Origin: Alphaproteobacteria bacterium
GTDB lineage: Bacteria; Pseudomonadota; Alphaproteobacteria; SP197
Assembly (NCBI GenBank): GCA_964291415.2
Contig: OZ219917.1
Coordinates: 128,001 to 192,000, forward strand
Direction: 5' to 3'
Length of the DNA stretch: 64,000 nt
Numbering within the stretch: position 1 is the first letter of the stretch; each line of letters begins with the position of its first letter. The notes beneath the pieces were generated by a model, which saw only the letters and a list, made by a program, of their open reading frames with translations, did not search any database and was not told the DNA's origin. A program made the position numbers and the translations under genes. Shown piece after piece: positions 31,877-41,347 of the stretch.

Positions 31877-32240
31877 GCGCTGCCTGCAGCTAACTCGCTC
31901 CGTTGATCGATCTGGCCAGAATGCGGGTGTACGTCCATGGCCAGGTTGCCGCGGCTTCGGTTTGGCGAGCGAACCCTCCATTGGAAGGCATCCGGGCTGC
32001 CGTGATGAAGCCCATTCGATTCATGGGCTCGTTACAGCCGAGACTGGCACCTACCTGTCGTCGATATCTGAGCCCTGAGCAACTTGGCACCGGGTAGCGC
32101 GCTTGTGTCACGCTTCCGACAGGAGCTCGCGGTAGCTGCCCGTCATCATCGCGTTCGCGCGGCCACATAAACGGCGCCGTCCCCGAGTTCTCCATCCCAA
32201 TAGCCGCCCATGGGTAGTCCCCTGACAAATCCGGACTCCG

Positions 32241-32357
32241 TCTATGCTATGTCACATAACACCATAGAACACTTTGTTTTGTTACACAATGGGGTTGACT
32301 TCTCATCGTGATATCTTATATGACTTTCCTCGAAACAAAGGAAAATACAAGGTTTCG
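32241..32357 (+). promoter_or_regulatory. AT-rich abiE promoter region with inverted repeats (putative autorepression operators)
   Basis: TTGACT at 32295-32300 followed by TTATATGA. Inverted pairs TCTATG/CATAGA, TTTCCT/AGGAAA and CGAAAC/GTTTCG. AbiEi proteins are known to bind promoter inverted repeats. Confidence 0.5.
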
Positions 32358-32359
32358 CG

Positions 32360-33229
32360 ATGGATAGGACAATGCCATTCGCCGCCCGATCGCTGTCGCC
32401 CCAGGAAAGCCGCGTCGTCCTTAACATGACAGAGCATGGCAGCAAGGAGATAGAGCGTGGGGAAATCATCGACATGCTCGGCGTCAGCCCGCAAGCTGCC
32501 GACCATGTGATCCGCTCGCTGCGCCGGAAGGGATGGCTGGCGCGCGCCAGTTGGGGCCGCTACCTGCTCATTCCCCCGGAAATGGGCCCCGACGCTCTGG
32601 GAGAAAGCAACGTCCTGGCGCTCGCCAGCCGCATTGTCGAACCCTACTACTTCGGCTACGGGACGGCCGCGATGCATCACGGTCTCACAACACAGCACCG
32701 TCAGGTCATTCGCCTCGTCACGCCGGTGCGCGCGCGCAACCGGCGCGTGCTCGATACCGAGGTCCGCATCGTCAATCCGGTTCCGCGAAAGTTCTTCGGA
32801 TTCGGCCCAGCCGACGTCCTGGGCTACGCCGTCATGATGTCCGATCGCGAAAAGACCGCCATCGACTGCATCGACCGTCCGGACCTCGCTGGCGGCGAAG
32901 GAGAAGCGGCGGCCATCCTGGCGACAGCTTGCCGCCGCATCGACTGGCACAAGGCGGCCAGCTACCTGGGGCGGATGTCCTCCAAAACGCTCACGAGACG
33001 CTTCGGATGGCTGGTGGAACGTGCCGGCGCCACCATTCCCGAAGATGTGCGCCCACATCTCCAGGACCTTGCGAAAGGTACGAGCCGATCACATTTCGGC
33101 CCGAGAACCACCAAGCCCGGCGCAATTGGCTATCAGGACAGTTGGCAGATCACCGCCAATGTCACCAGCCACGAATTGAGCGACAGCGCCGGCATCGCGA
33201 GGTTGCGATCGGTCAACCGGGAGCGCTGA
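32360..33229 (+). CDS. Type IV TA antitoxin, AbiEi family
   Basis: N-terminal wHTH (LRRKGWLARASWGRYLL), YYFGYGTAAMHHGLTTQ, SDREKTAIDCIDRPDLAGG. Confidence 0.88.
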   Translation: MDRTMPFAARSLSPQESRVVLNMTEHGSKEIERGEIIDMLGVSPQAADHVIRSLRRKGWLARASWGRYLLIPPEMGPDALGESNVLALASRIVEPYYFGYGTAAMHHGLTTQHRQVIRLVTPVRARNRRVLDTEVRIVNPVPRKFFGFGPADVLGYAVMMSDREKTAIDCIDRPDLAGGEGEAAAILATACRRIDWHKAASYLGRMSSKTLTRRFGWLVERAGATIPEDVRPHLQDLAKGTSRSHFGPRTTKPGAIGYQDSWQITANVTSHELSDSAGIARLRSVNRER

Positions 33230-34141
33230 GCCATTCTCACCCGCCCCCAGGTCCAGCGCTACTCCGCCGAAGCCGGACTGCGCAACATCATGATCGCCGA
33301 AAACGAGATCGTGCTGACCTACCTGCTCCAGTTGATGGCGAAGCGCGGCATCCTGGACAAGCTCGCCTTCAAGGGCGGAACCTGCCTTCGCAAGATGTTC
33401 ATCGGCAGCGGAGGGCGCTTTTCGACCGATCTCGATTTCACGCGGATCGAAGAACACGACCACGAAGACTTGATCCTCGCCATGATGGAGGCATTTGAGC
33501 CGCCATTTCACGGAATCCGCTTCGGCGTGCCCGATGACAGTTACTACGAAACCCAGGACGGCCTCTCCTGGGGAGTCAATCCGGTCTACGCCCACGACTG
33601 GAACCCGGGAGGGCAAAGCCAGATCAGACTCCAGGTCAGCCGCCGCGAGGTACCCACCCTTCCCTCATCGCGGAACGCTCAACGTGTTCAAAGCTACTTC
33701 CGGCACCTGCCCTTCGACCCTGTGGACATCACGTGCCTGGCCCTGCCCGAGATCATCGCCGAGAAGATCCGGGCCTGCTATCAGCGCAGCAAGGCACGCG
33801 ACATCTACGACCTCAGCGTCTTTGCCATGCGTCCGCTAAACCGTCCGCTTATCCGACGGCTCGTCGTGCTCAAGCTCTGGCAGGCGCGGGACAGCTTCGA
33901 TCCGGAAGCCCTCCTTGTGAAGTTCAACGATACCACCGCATTCGATTGGGACGATCTCCGGCAACTGATCCGAAGGACGCAGGCGATCGACCCTGCCGAA
34001 ATTGCCGCTGCCTGCCGGAAGGGGTTTGCCTTCCTCGCAGAACTGGACCCTCTGGAGACGGACCTCGTGGCCGACCTTCACCACCGCAATCACACTTTGT
34101 GGAAAGCCCTTCGTGACGATCTCCCGGTCGGTCAGCACTGA
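33230..34141 (+). CDS. Type IV TA toxin, AbiEii nucleotidyltransferase
   Basis: LAFKGGTCLRKMF...RFSTDLDF, IIAEKIRAC, KARDIYDL. Coding-like sequence starts at 33230 with no ATG; the first ATG is 33290. Confidence 0.88.
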   Translation, partial: AILTRPQVQRYSAEAGLRNIMIAENEIVLTYLLQLMAKRGILDKLAFKGGTCLRKMFIGSGGRFSTDLDFTRIEEHDHEDLILAMMEAFEPPFHGIRFGVPDDSYYETQDGLSWGVNPVYAHDWNPGGQSQIRLQVSRREVPTLPSSRNAQRVQSYFRHLPFDPVDITCLALPEIIAEKIRACYQRSKARDIYDLSVFAMRPLNRPLIRRLVVLKLWQARDSFDPEALLVKFNDTTAFDWDDLRQLIRRTQAIDPAEIAAACRKGFAFLAELDPLETDLVADLHHRNHTLWKALRDDLPVGQH

Positions 34142-34330
34142 ACGAAGGCGCTCCGCGCAGTCGATCATCGGACGTTTGTGTTCCCCTTGTTGTTGGCGAC
34201 TTCAAGAGCAGGAACGCCCGACACCGCAAGCACTCCATCCGCGATGACCCGCTTCCGATTGGCCATTGGGTCAGATGGAAGCGACTTTGTTCCGCCCAGA
34301 AAACTCGCGATAAACCGACTGTTACTGGTT

Positions 34331-35221
34331 TCAGGCCTTCGGTCGTCCGGTTGCCCGCGCCCGAAGGGTCGCTTCCCGGTGGAAGATGTAGAGGCCCGAT
34401 GCGGCGATGACGGCGACACCGGCCAGGGTCCACAGGTCCGGCACTTCCGCGAAGACGACGAGACCGGCGATCATGGCGAGGATCATGTGCGAATAGGTAA
34501 AGGGCGCCAGGGCCGAGACCGGGGCGTGGCGAAAGGCGTGGATCAGGCAGTAATGTCCGGTCATGGCGCAACCGCCGAGCAGGGCAAGCATCAGCCAGTC
34601 GACGGCGCCGGGAGGCGCCCACTGCCCGGGAAGGACGAGCACCACCAGTGACATGACGCAAGCGCCGGCCACGTTGTTGTAGGCCATGCTCGTGCTGGCC
34701 TCGTCGTAGCGGTTGACCAGGCGGGTGAGCACATTGTAGGTGGCCATCCCTGCGGCGACCCCCAGCGGCAGGAAATAGGCCCAGTGGCGTTCCTCGAATC
34801 CGGGTCTGAGCACGATCATGACGCCTGCGAAGCCAATCGCGATCGCCGTCCAGCGGCGGATGCCGACCTTCTCGCCCAGCACCGGTATGGCGAGCATGCT
34901 GGTGATGAAGGGCGCGGCAAAGCCGATGGCGACGGCATCGGCCAGGGGAATGTGGCGGATGGCGATGAAGAAGCTGCAGGTCATCGAGACCAGCAGGACC
35001 GAGCGGGCCATCTGCAGATCGAGGCGTCTGGTGCGCAGCGCCGGGATCAGCAGCCGCGGAGAGACGAGGAAGGGCAGCAGAATGACGGAAAACACGTACC
35101 GTCCCCAGGCGACCTGCAGCGGCGGCAGGGTCTGCGTCATGATCTTGGCCAGCGAATCCAGGGCCACGAAGAAGACAATCGATACCAGGGTGAGAGCGAT
35201 GCCGCGGGGAATGTTGTCCAA
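34331..35221 (-). CDS. DMT/EamA family transporter
   Basis: Ten TM segments, LGEKVGIRRW, IVLRPG, APVSALAPFTY. Confidence 0.9.
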   Translation of the reverse strand: MDNIPRGIALTLVSIVFFVALDSLAKIMTQTLPPLQVAWGRYVFSVILLPFLVSPRLLIPALRTRRLDLQMARSVLLVSMTCSFFIAIRHIPLADAVAIGFAAPFITSMLAIPVLGEKVGIRRWTAIAIGFAGVMIVLRPGFEERHWAYFLPLGVAAGMATYNVLTRLVNRYDEASTSMAYNNVAGACVMSLVVLVLPGQWAPPGAVDWLMLALLGGCAMTGHYCLIHAFRHAPVSALAPFTYSHMILAMIAGLVVFAEVPDLWTLAGVAVIAASGLYIFHREATLRARATGRPKA

Positions 35222-35364
35222 CGATCACCTCGTCAGCCGTCGCGGCTACCCTTCAACAGCCAATGGTAGGACATGCACACGATTGTTGTCGCCGGCAATC
35301 TGTGCCATGGCTTCACCAACTGGTCGGCACCCCTTGATGATTCCGGGGCCACCTTAATCATGGA

Positions 35365-36558
35365 GTGCGCCGTCTTGACCTTCACTGGACTGTCACGCCG
35401 GTGATTCGCGTGAGCGCCAGGTGGCGCAGCATCGCGGCGGTCATCGCGAGTGTCTTCGCTGCTTCGCTGACGTTCTCCATCTGCATGCCGCTGCTGTCAC
35501 TCATCCTCGAGCAGCGGGCGACGGCGAGCTGGCTCATCGGTCTCAACAACGCGGCCGCGCCGGCGGGGCTGTTGATCGCCACGATTTTCATGCCACGTAT
35601 CGTGGAATGGCTGGGCACCATGTACGCCCTCTATCTCGGTTTCGCGCTCATGGTCGTGTCGATCGCCCTGCTGCCCGTCTTCGACAACGTGTGGGCATGG
35701 TTTCCGCTCAGGTTTCTGCTCGGAATCGGCACCGCGCTCCACTGGGTCGTCAGCGAGACCTGGATCAACACGCTTGCGGACGACCGCAGCCGTGGCCGGG
35801 TCATGGCCGTCTACGTGACTTCTCTTTCGGCTGCCTATCTTGCCGGGTTGCCGGTGCTTCTTGTTGTCGGCACCCACGGCATCCTGCCCTTCGTCATTGT
35901 CGTGGCGATCCTGTGCGTTGCCGTCCTGCCCCTCGTCATGGCCCGCAACCTGGCGCCCCGTATCTCCACGCAGGCCGGATTCGGCCTCTTCGCCGCTGCC
36001 CGACGGGCACCGGCCACCATGGTGGCAGCTCTCGTCGACGGGGCCGTGATGGGCGCGCTCTTCGTGTTCTTTCTCATCTACGCCAGCCGCCAGTCCTACA
36101 CGGAGGATCAGGCGATCGTTCTTCTGATCGTGATGGCCGCGGGCAGTGTCATGCTCCAGTTTCCGGTCGGCATGCTCGCCGACCGTTTCGACAAACGCAT
36201 CCTGCTCATCGTCTTCGCCGCCGCCATCTCACTCTTCACCATCGCCTTCCCGTTCGTCCTCCACCATCCCTGGCTGCTGTGGCCCACGCTCTTCCTGTGG
36301 GGCGGCATCACGGGTGGAATCTATACCTGCGGACTGGCACAGATCGGCCAGAGATTCAGGGCTTCCGAACTGGCGCCGGCCAACGCCACGTTCATCTTTC
36401 TCTACGAGCTCGGACATCTGGTCGGGCCCCCGGCAGCCGGCTATGCCATGGGACTGTGGAACCCCCACGGCCTCATCGTGTTCTGTGCCGCGGGCGGTCT
36501 GCTTTTTGCCCTGTTCGCGACCGCGCGTCATGTCATCGTCCGCTCCCAGGGTTCATGA
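35365..36558 (+). CDS. MFS transporter
   Basis: Twelve TM segments, WVVSETWINTLADDRSRGR, QFPVGMLADRFDKR, GHLVGP. Start position uncertain. Confidence 0.88.
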   Translation: MRRLDLHWTVTPVIRVSARWRSIAAVIASVFAASLTFSICMPLLSLILEQRATASWLIGLNNAAAPAGLLIATIFMPRIVEWLGTMYALYLGFALMVVSIALLPVFDNVWAWFPLRFLLGIGTALHWVVSETWINTLADDRSRGRVMAVYVTSLSAAYLAGLPVLLVVGTHGILPFVIVVAILCVAVLPLVMARNLAPRISTQAGFGLFAAARRAPATMVAALVDGAVMGALFVFFLIYASRQSYTEDQAIVLLIVMAAGSVMLQFPVGMLADRFDKRILLIVFAAAISLFTIAFPFVLHHPWLLWPTLFLWGGITGGIYTCGLAQIGQRFRASELAPANATFIFLYELGHLVGPPAAGYAMGLWNPHGLIVFCAAGGLLFALFATARHVIVRSQGS

Positions 36559-36739
36559 CGCGGTGAGACGCTGCCGAATCTCCGGAACCCGAAGCTGACC
36601 GGTCTGGCGGCGTGCCAGGCGCCTCAAGGGTTGGTGGAACGGCCGTTGATTCTCTATTGTGCGAACCCGTGAACGAACGACGGACAGACACGGTGATCTT
36701 GTCGATGGCTGCTCTTCCGGCGGTTCGCTGGACCACGGA

Positions 36740-38185
36740 ATGGACGCAAGCGTGACCGGCAACGCCTACGAATTTGACGAGACCTTCCATGACGAGATGT
36801 ACGGTGCCGACGGTGCGCCCCGCGAGCACTACCGGCTGCTCGACGACGCTCTCCAGGCTCTTCCCGGCAGCGAGCTTGCGCTGGTCCAGGACCGGGTGAG
36901 GCGGTCGTTCGCCGAAGAGGGGATCTCCTTTACCGTCTACGGAGACGAAGAGGCCCAGGAACGGATCATTCCCGTCGACTGCATCCCGCGCATCCTGACA
37001 GGCGAGGAATGGCAGCAGATCGAGACCGGCCTCACGCAGCGCATCGACGCCCTCAACCGGTTTCTCGGCGACGTCTACGGCGAGGCACGCATCGTCGCCG
37101 ACGGGGTCATTCCGGCGGACCTGGTCCGTGGCTGTCCCCAGTACCGGGTCGAGATGCGCGGCATGAGAGTTCCCCACGACACCTGGGTCGCGGTCTGCGG
37201 CACGGACATCGTGCGCACGAACGATGGATTCATGGTCCTTGAGGACAATCTGAGGGTGCCCTCCGGGGTGTCCTACATGCTGGCAAACCGGGCTGCGGTG
37301 AAGAGCAACCTGCGCCGCCTCTACCGACGCTACAAGGTGCGCGACATCGGACACTACGGAGAGCTCCTGCGCGACACGCTCGCCAGTCTCGCGCCTGAGG
37401 ACAGCGACGATCCGTGCATCGTCCTTCTCACGCCAGGCGTCTTCAATTCCGCCTTCTACGAGCACATGTTCCTGGCCCATGAGATCGGCGCATTCCTCGT
37501 CGAGGGGCGCGATCTCCTGTTCGATGACGGGCACGTGTTCATGCGCACCACCCGGGGTCTCAAGAAAGTGGACGTGATCTACCGGCGCATCGACGACGAT
37601 TTCATCGATCCGCTCGTCTTCCGTCCCGATTCGCTGCTCGGCGTGCCTGGCCTCATGAATGCCTGCAAGCGCGGCAACGTCACCCTGGCCAACGCACCGG
37701 GCACCGGTGTGGCGGACGACAAGAGCGTCTATGCCTATGTACCCGACATGATCCGCTACTACCTGGGCGAGGAACCGGTTCTCGCCAATGTCGAGACCTT
37801 CCTGTGCCGCCGCCCGGAGGATCTCGAATACACCCTCGACAACCTCGAGAACCTCGTCGTCAAGCGGGTCGGCGAATCGGGAGGATACGGCATGCTGGTG
37901 GGGCCGCACGCGACGCCCGACGAGCGCGAGGCCTATGCCAGGGGCATCAGGAACGATCCTGCGGACTTCATCTCGCAGCCGGTGCTGCCGCTTTCGCGTT
38001 CGCCCTGCCTCATCGGGGAACACCTCGAGCCGCGTCACGTGGACCTTCGGCCCTTCGTGCTGCGCGGCCGCAAGACCCGCATCGTGCCCGGCGCCTTCTG
38101 CCGCGTCGCCCTCGTCAAGGGAAGCCTCGTCGTGAATTCCAGCCAGGGCGGCGGCGGCAAGGACCTCTGGGTCCTGGGATCGTGA
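36740..38185 (+). CDS. Circularly permuted type 2 ATP-grasp protein
   Basis: ERIIPVDCIPR, VLEDNLRVPSGVSYML, NSAFYEH, DVIYRRIDDDFIDP, RHVDLRPF, VVNSSQGGGGKDLWV. Confidence 0.95.
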   Translation: MDASVTGNAYEFDETFHDEMYGADGAPREHYRLLDDALQALPGSELALVQDRVRRSFAEEGISFTVYGDEEAQERIIPVDCIPRILTGEEWQQIETGLTQRIDALNRFLGDVYGEARIVADGVIPADLVRGCPQYRVEMRGMRVPHDTWVAVCGTDIVRTNDGFMVLEDNLRVPSGVSYMLANRAAVKSNLRRLYRRYKVRDIGHYGELLRDTLASLAPEDSDDPCIVLLTPGVFNSAFYEHMFLAHEIGAFLVEGRDLLFDDGHVFMRTTRGLKKVDVIYRRIDDDFIDPLVFRPDSLLGVPGLMNACKRGNVTLANAPGTGVADDKSVYAYVPDMIRYYLGEEPVLANVETFLCRRPEDLEYTLDNLENLVVKRVGESGGYGMLVGPHATPDEREAYARGIRNDPADFISQPVLPLSRSPCLIGEHLEPRHVDLRPFVLRGRKTRIVPGAFCRVALVKGSLVVNSSQGGGGKDLWVLGS

Positions 38186-39144
38186 TGCTCGCCCGCAGCG
38201 CCCAGGGCCTCTACTGGATGAGCCGCTATCTCGAGCGCTCGGAGTTCATCGCCCGCCTGCTGGAACTGCAGACGAGGGCGCTGGTGGACCGGCCGCTCCC
38301 GGAGATCCACTTCGGCTGGCGGCGCATCTACGGCAGCCTCGGCATCAGTCCTCCGGCCGGAGACCTCGAACCGGATCACAGCGACGACTACGCCCTGGCG
38401 GATTCCTACACCCTTGCCGGCGACCTCACGTTCGAGCCCAGCAACCCCAGCTCGATGAGAAGCTGTTTCGCGGCGGGCCGTGAAAACGCCCGCCAGATGC
38501 GCCACTGCATCACCAGCGGGATGTGGACGAACCTCAATCTCGCGTGGCTGGACATCAAGGACCTCGACATCCAGGACATCTGGGCCCGGGAGCCGGAGGC
38601 GTTCTATGCAGGGATGGCGCGGACCATCAAGACCTTCGACGGCTTCGTCGCGGCAACCATGTACCGCGACGAGGGATACCAGTTCCTGAGGCTCGGCGCC
38701 TTCATCGAACGAATCCAGCTCATGATCGCCCTGGTGACCACGCACTGCCGCCTTCCCGAGGGCGCCGGGGATCACGAATGGACCAGCCTGCTGCGGGCAT
38801 GCCAGGCGCTCGACGCCTTTGAACGCGTTCACGGCATGGAACGGAAGCCCGAACGGATCCTTGCCCTCGTGATCACCGATCCGCTGCTGCAGGGATCGCT
38901 TCTGGGTTCTCTCACCTCCGCCGCATCGTGCCTTGACGCCCTTGGCAGCGAGGCCGGAAGCCCGGATACCGCGGCCGCGGCCCGGCGGCTGGCCGGCAGA
39001 ATGACGTCCCGGGTGGTCAACGACTGGCCCGACAGCGGCGACCGGCTTTCATTGCTTGACGAGATCGCCCGGGAGGCCCGCGACCTCGACGGCCTCGTGA
39101 CGGGTGCCTGGTTCGAATACGCGACCGGAGAGGGGCAGGCGTGA
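38185..39144 (+). CDS. Alpha-E domain-containing protein
   Basis: MLARSAQGLYWMSRYLERSE, RENARQMR, FLRLGAFIER (two ER motifs). Translationally coupled to the upstream gene. Confidence 0.9.
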   Translation: MLARSAQGLYWMSRYLERSEFIARLLELQTRALVDRPLPEIHFGWRRIYGSLGISPPAGDLEPDHSDDYALADSYTLAGDLTFEPSNPSSMRSCFAAGRENARQMRHCITSGMWTNLNLAWLDIKDLDIQDIWAREPEAFYAGMARTIKTFDGFVAATMYRDEGYQFLRLGAFIERIQLMIALVTTHCRLPEGAGDHEWTSLLRACQALDAFERVHGMERKPERILALVITDPLLQGSLLGSLTSAASCLDALGSEAGSPDTAAAARRLAGRMTSRVVNDWPDSGDRLSLLDEIAREARDLDGLVTGAWFEYATGEGQA

Positions 39145-39998
39145 CACGACGTACCGGTTTCGAGGTGATCCACCATACCCGTTACCGCTTCTCTCAACCG
39201 GCAACCGGGAGCGTGCTGATGTGCTGCCTCAGGCCGCGTGACGATCGCGGCCAGGAGCTCATCGCCTATTCCCTGGAAACCCGTCCGGAATCACGCACGG
39301 CAGACGAGGTGGACTGCTTCGGCAACCACCGTCACGTGCTGTCGCTCCTCGAGCAGCACGATCAACTGGCAATCGAGGCGCGCTCGGTGGTGGTGCCGGC
39401 CCCGGAGCCCGACCTTCCGGCGGATCTCGGAAGAAACGCCTGGGAGAGACTTCACGCCGAGTCGCGTCCCTTTGAAGACTGGGACTGGCTTCACCCGACG
39501 AGACTGACATGTCCATCCGCCTCGCTGACGGCGTTTCTCGAGCGCCATGCCATCGCGCCCGGCGCCGACCCGCTGGCCAGCACGCGGGACCTTTCGAGGC
39601 AGCTCTACCGCATCCTCGGCTATGTTCCGGGCAGCACCTCGACGCAGTCCACCATCGAGGACGTCCTGATGACCGGCCAGGGAGTGTGCCAGGACTACGC
39701 CCACCTGATGATCGCCATCACCCGTTCGTGGGGCATCCCGAGCCGCTACGTGTCCGGATTCCTGTACGACGACGAGGGCGGCGGATATCACACCACCCAC
39801 GCCTGGGTGGAATGCCGCTTCCCGGATGTCGGCTGGGCGGGCTTCGATCCCACCAACGACAACTTCGCCGGCGCCTCGCATATCCGCATCGCGGAAGGGC
39901 GCGACTTCTCCGACGTCTCGCCGACCCGCGGTATTCTGCTGGGCGGGTGCCGCACCACCCTCGATGTCGATGTCAGGATCCGTCCCGCAGGCACGTGA
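39141..39998 (+). CDS. Transglutaminase-like protein
   Basis: GVCQDYAH, RYVSGFL, THAWVE, GFDPTN (Cys-His-Asp triad), GRDFSDVSP. Confidence 0.93.
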   Translation: MTRRTGFEVIHHTRYRFSQPATGSVLMCCLRPRDDRGQELIAYSLETRPESRTADEVDCFGNHRHVLSLLEQHDQLAIEARSVVVPAPEPDLPADLGRNAWERLHAESRPFEDWDWLHPTRLTCPSASLTAFLERHAIAPGADPLASTRDLSRQLYRILGYVPGSTSTQSTIEDVLMTGQGVCQDYAHLMIAITRSWGIPSRYVSGFLYDDEGGGYHTTHAWVECRFPDVGWAGFDPTNDNFAGASHIRIAEGRDFSDVSPTRGILLGGCRTTLDVDVRIRPAGT

Positions 39999-40007
39999 CG
40001 GGGCCTC

Positions 40008-41255
40008 TTACTCGACCACGGCAATCCGGGCCGGGACGCGATGCAGGAAACCCGCGTCGTCGTCGGTGAACATCATCATGTCGATGAACATGGACATGCC
40101 GACATCCTGCGGCAGGTAGAAGTTGGCCTCGTAGTTGGACGCCATGCCGGACTCGAACACCTCGTCTCCCGGATCGTTGTGAACGTCCCAGAACCACGGT
40201 CCCACCCAGTCCGGCGGGAAGGAAAGACCCAGATCGTAGCCGCCGATCCAGCACTGGTCCTGCCAGATGCCGGTATCGCGGTAGTAGGTTCCGATGACCG
40301 CGAGGAGTTCGCGAACCGGCAGACCCGGTCGGAGAACCTCCGCCAGCATGGCCTTGACGCCGGTGACGGCGTCGAGATAGCGCGACACGTCAGGGTGCGG
40401 TTCACCGACGCACACGGTGCGCGCGATGTTCGAGTGGTAGCGGTTCCAGACGCCACAGATATCCACGTTGACGATATCGCCCGGCATGATCTGCCGTCGC
40501 GTGGCCAGGGAATGCATGGTGGCGCTGCGTGCGCCCGACGACACCGGCATGGTGATCGACGAGGGTTCACCGCCCGCGCGGGCCATGGCGCGCACCATCT
40601 CGCCCCAGACCTCCAGTTCCGTGACACCGGGACGAATGGTGTCGATGGCGGTCTGCATGCCGATGTCGCCGATCCTGGCGGCGGTGCGGATGAAGGCGAG
40701 TTCGGCGGGCGACTTGATCCGGCGAACGCCGTTGACGATGTCGCTGCCGTCGACCACCGTCGCGCCGCACTCCTCGAAGCCCGCCTGCAGGCGCTCGCTT
40801 ACCGCGCGATTCGGCCGGTAGCTGTGCATCTCCAGGCCAACCCTGCCGCCGAGCCATCCCTCGCCGTCGAGGGTCTGGACGATGAAGCCGATCACATCCT
40901 CGGAAGGCTGGGCGTCACCGCCGAAGATGCGCAGATCCCGGCTGACCGTGGTGAATCCCGCCAGGATCTCCTCGTTCTGCACCTCGATGTGGATGAAGTC
41001 GTCCGCATCGACGTGAACGGCGATCCCGGTGACCGGCAGCCAGGCCGTCGGCCCCTGGGCCTGGTACCACTCGGCCCGATAGCCGGAGAGGTAGCACACG
41101 GCCTCCGGTGACGTGAGGTAGAGCGTGTCGATGTGGCTGTCGGCCATCGCCGCGCGCACGCTGGCCAGCCGGCGGCGGTATTCATCGAGGGTAAAGATCG
41201 TCTCCGCTTCCGGCCGCAGAAACCTGAGGGTTCTTTCCTTGTGCGTCATGGTCAT
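40008..41255 (-). CDS. M24 family Xaa-Pro peptidase-like protein (creatinase/ectoine hydrolase-like)
   Basis: EYRRRLASVRAAM, IKSPAEL, RYHSNIART, GYDLGLSFPPDW. Confidence 0.8.
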   Translation of the reverse strand: MTMTHKERTLRFLRPEAETIFTLDEYRRRLASVRAAMADSHIDTLYLTSPEAVCYLSGYRAEWYQAQGPTAWLPVTGIAVHVDADDFIHIEVQNEEILAGFTTVSRDLRIFGGDAQPSEDVIGFIVQTLDGEGWLGGRVGLEMHSYRPNRAVSERLQAGFEECGATVVDGSDIVNGVRRIKSPAELAFIRTAARIGDIGMQTAIDTIRPGVTELEVWGEMVRAMARAGGEPSSITMPVSSGARSATMHSLATRRQIMPGDIVNVDICGVWNRYHSNIARTVCVGEPHPDVSRYLDAVTGVKAMLAEVLRPGLPVRELLAVIGTYYRDTGIWQDQCWIGGYDLGLSFPPDWVGPWFWDVHNDPGDEVFESGMASNYEANFYLPQDVGMSMFIDMMMFTDDDAGFLHRVPARIAVVE

Positions 41256-41347
41256 CGAATTCCTCCCCTCACGGTGACCGGGGCCTCTCGCTTCCGGCCG
41301 GCGTTTTGCCCATAGTTCAGCCTGCGCACTCTCCGGGAGACCACGCC

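Noticed and set aside
33227-33270. Selenocysteine recoding of the abiEi TGA
   Set aside because: No SECIS-like hairpin is evident after the TGA and there is no Cys/Sec-type catalytic context.
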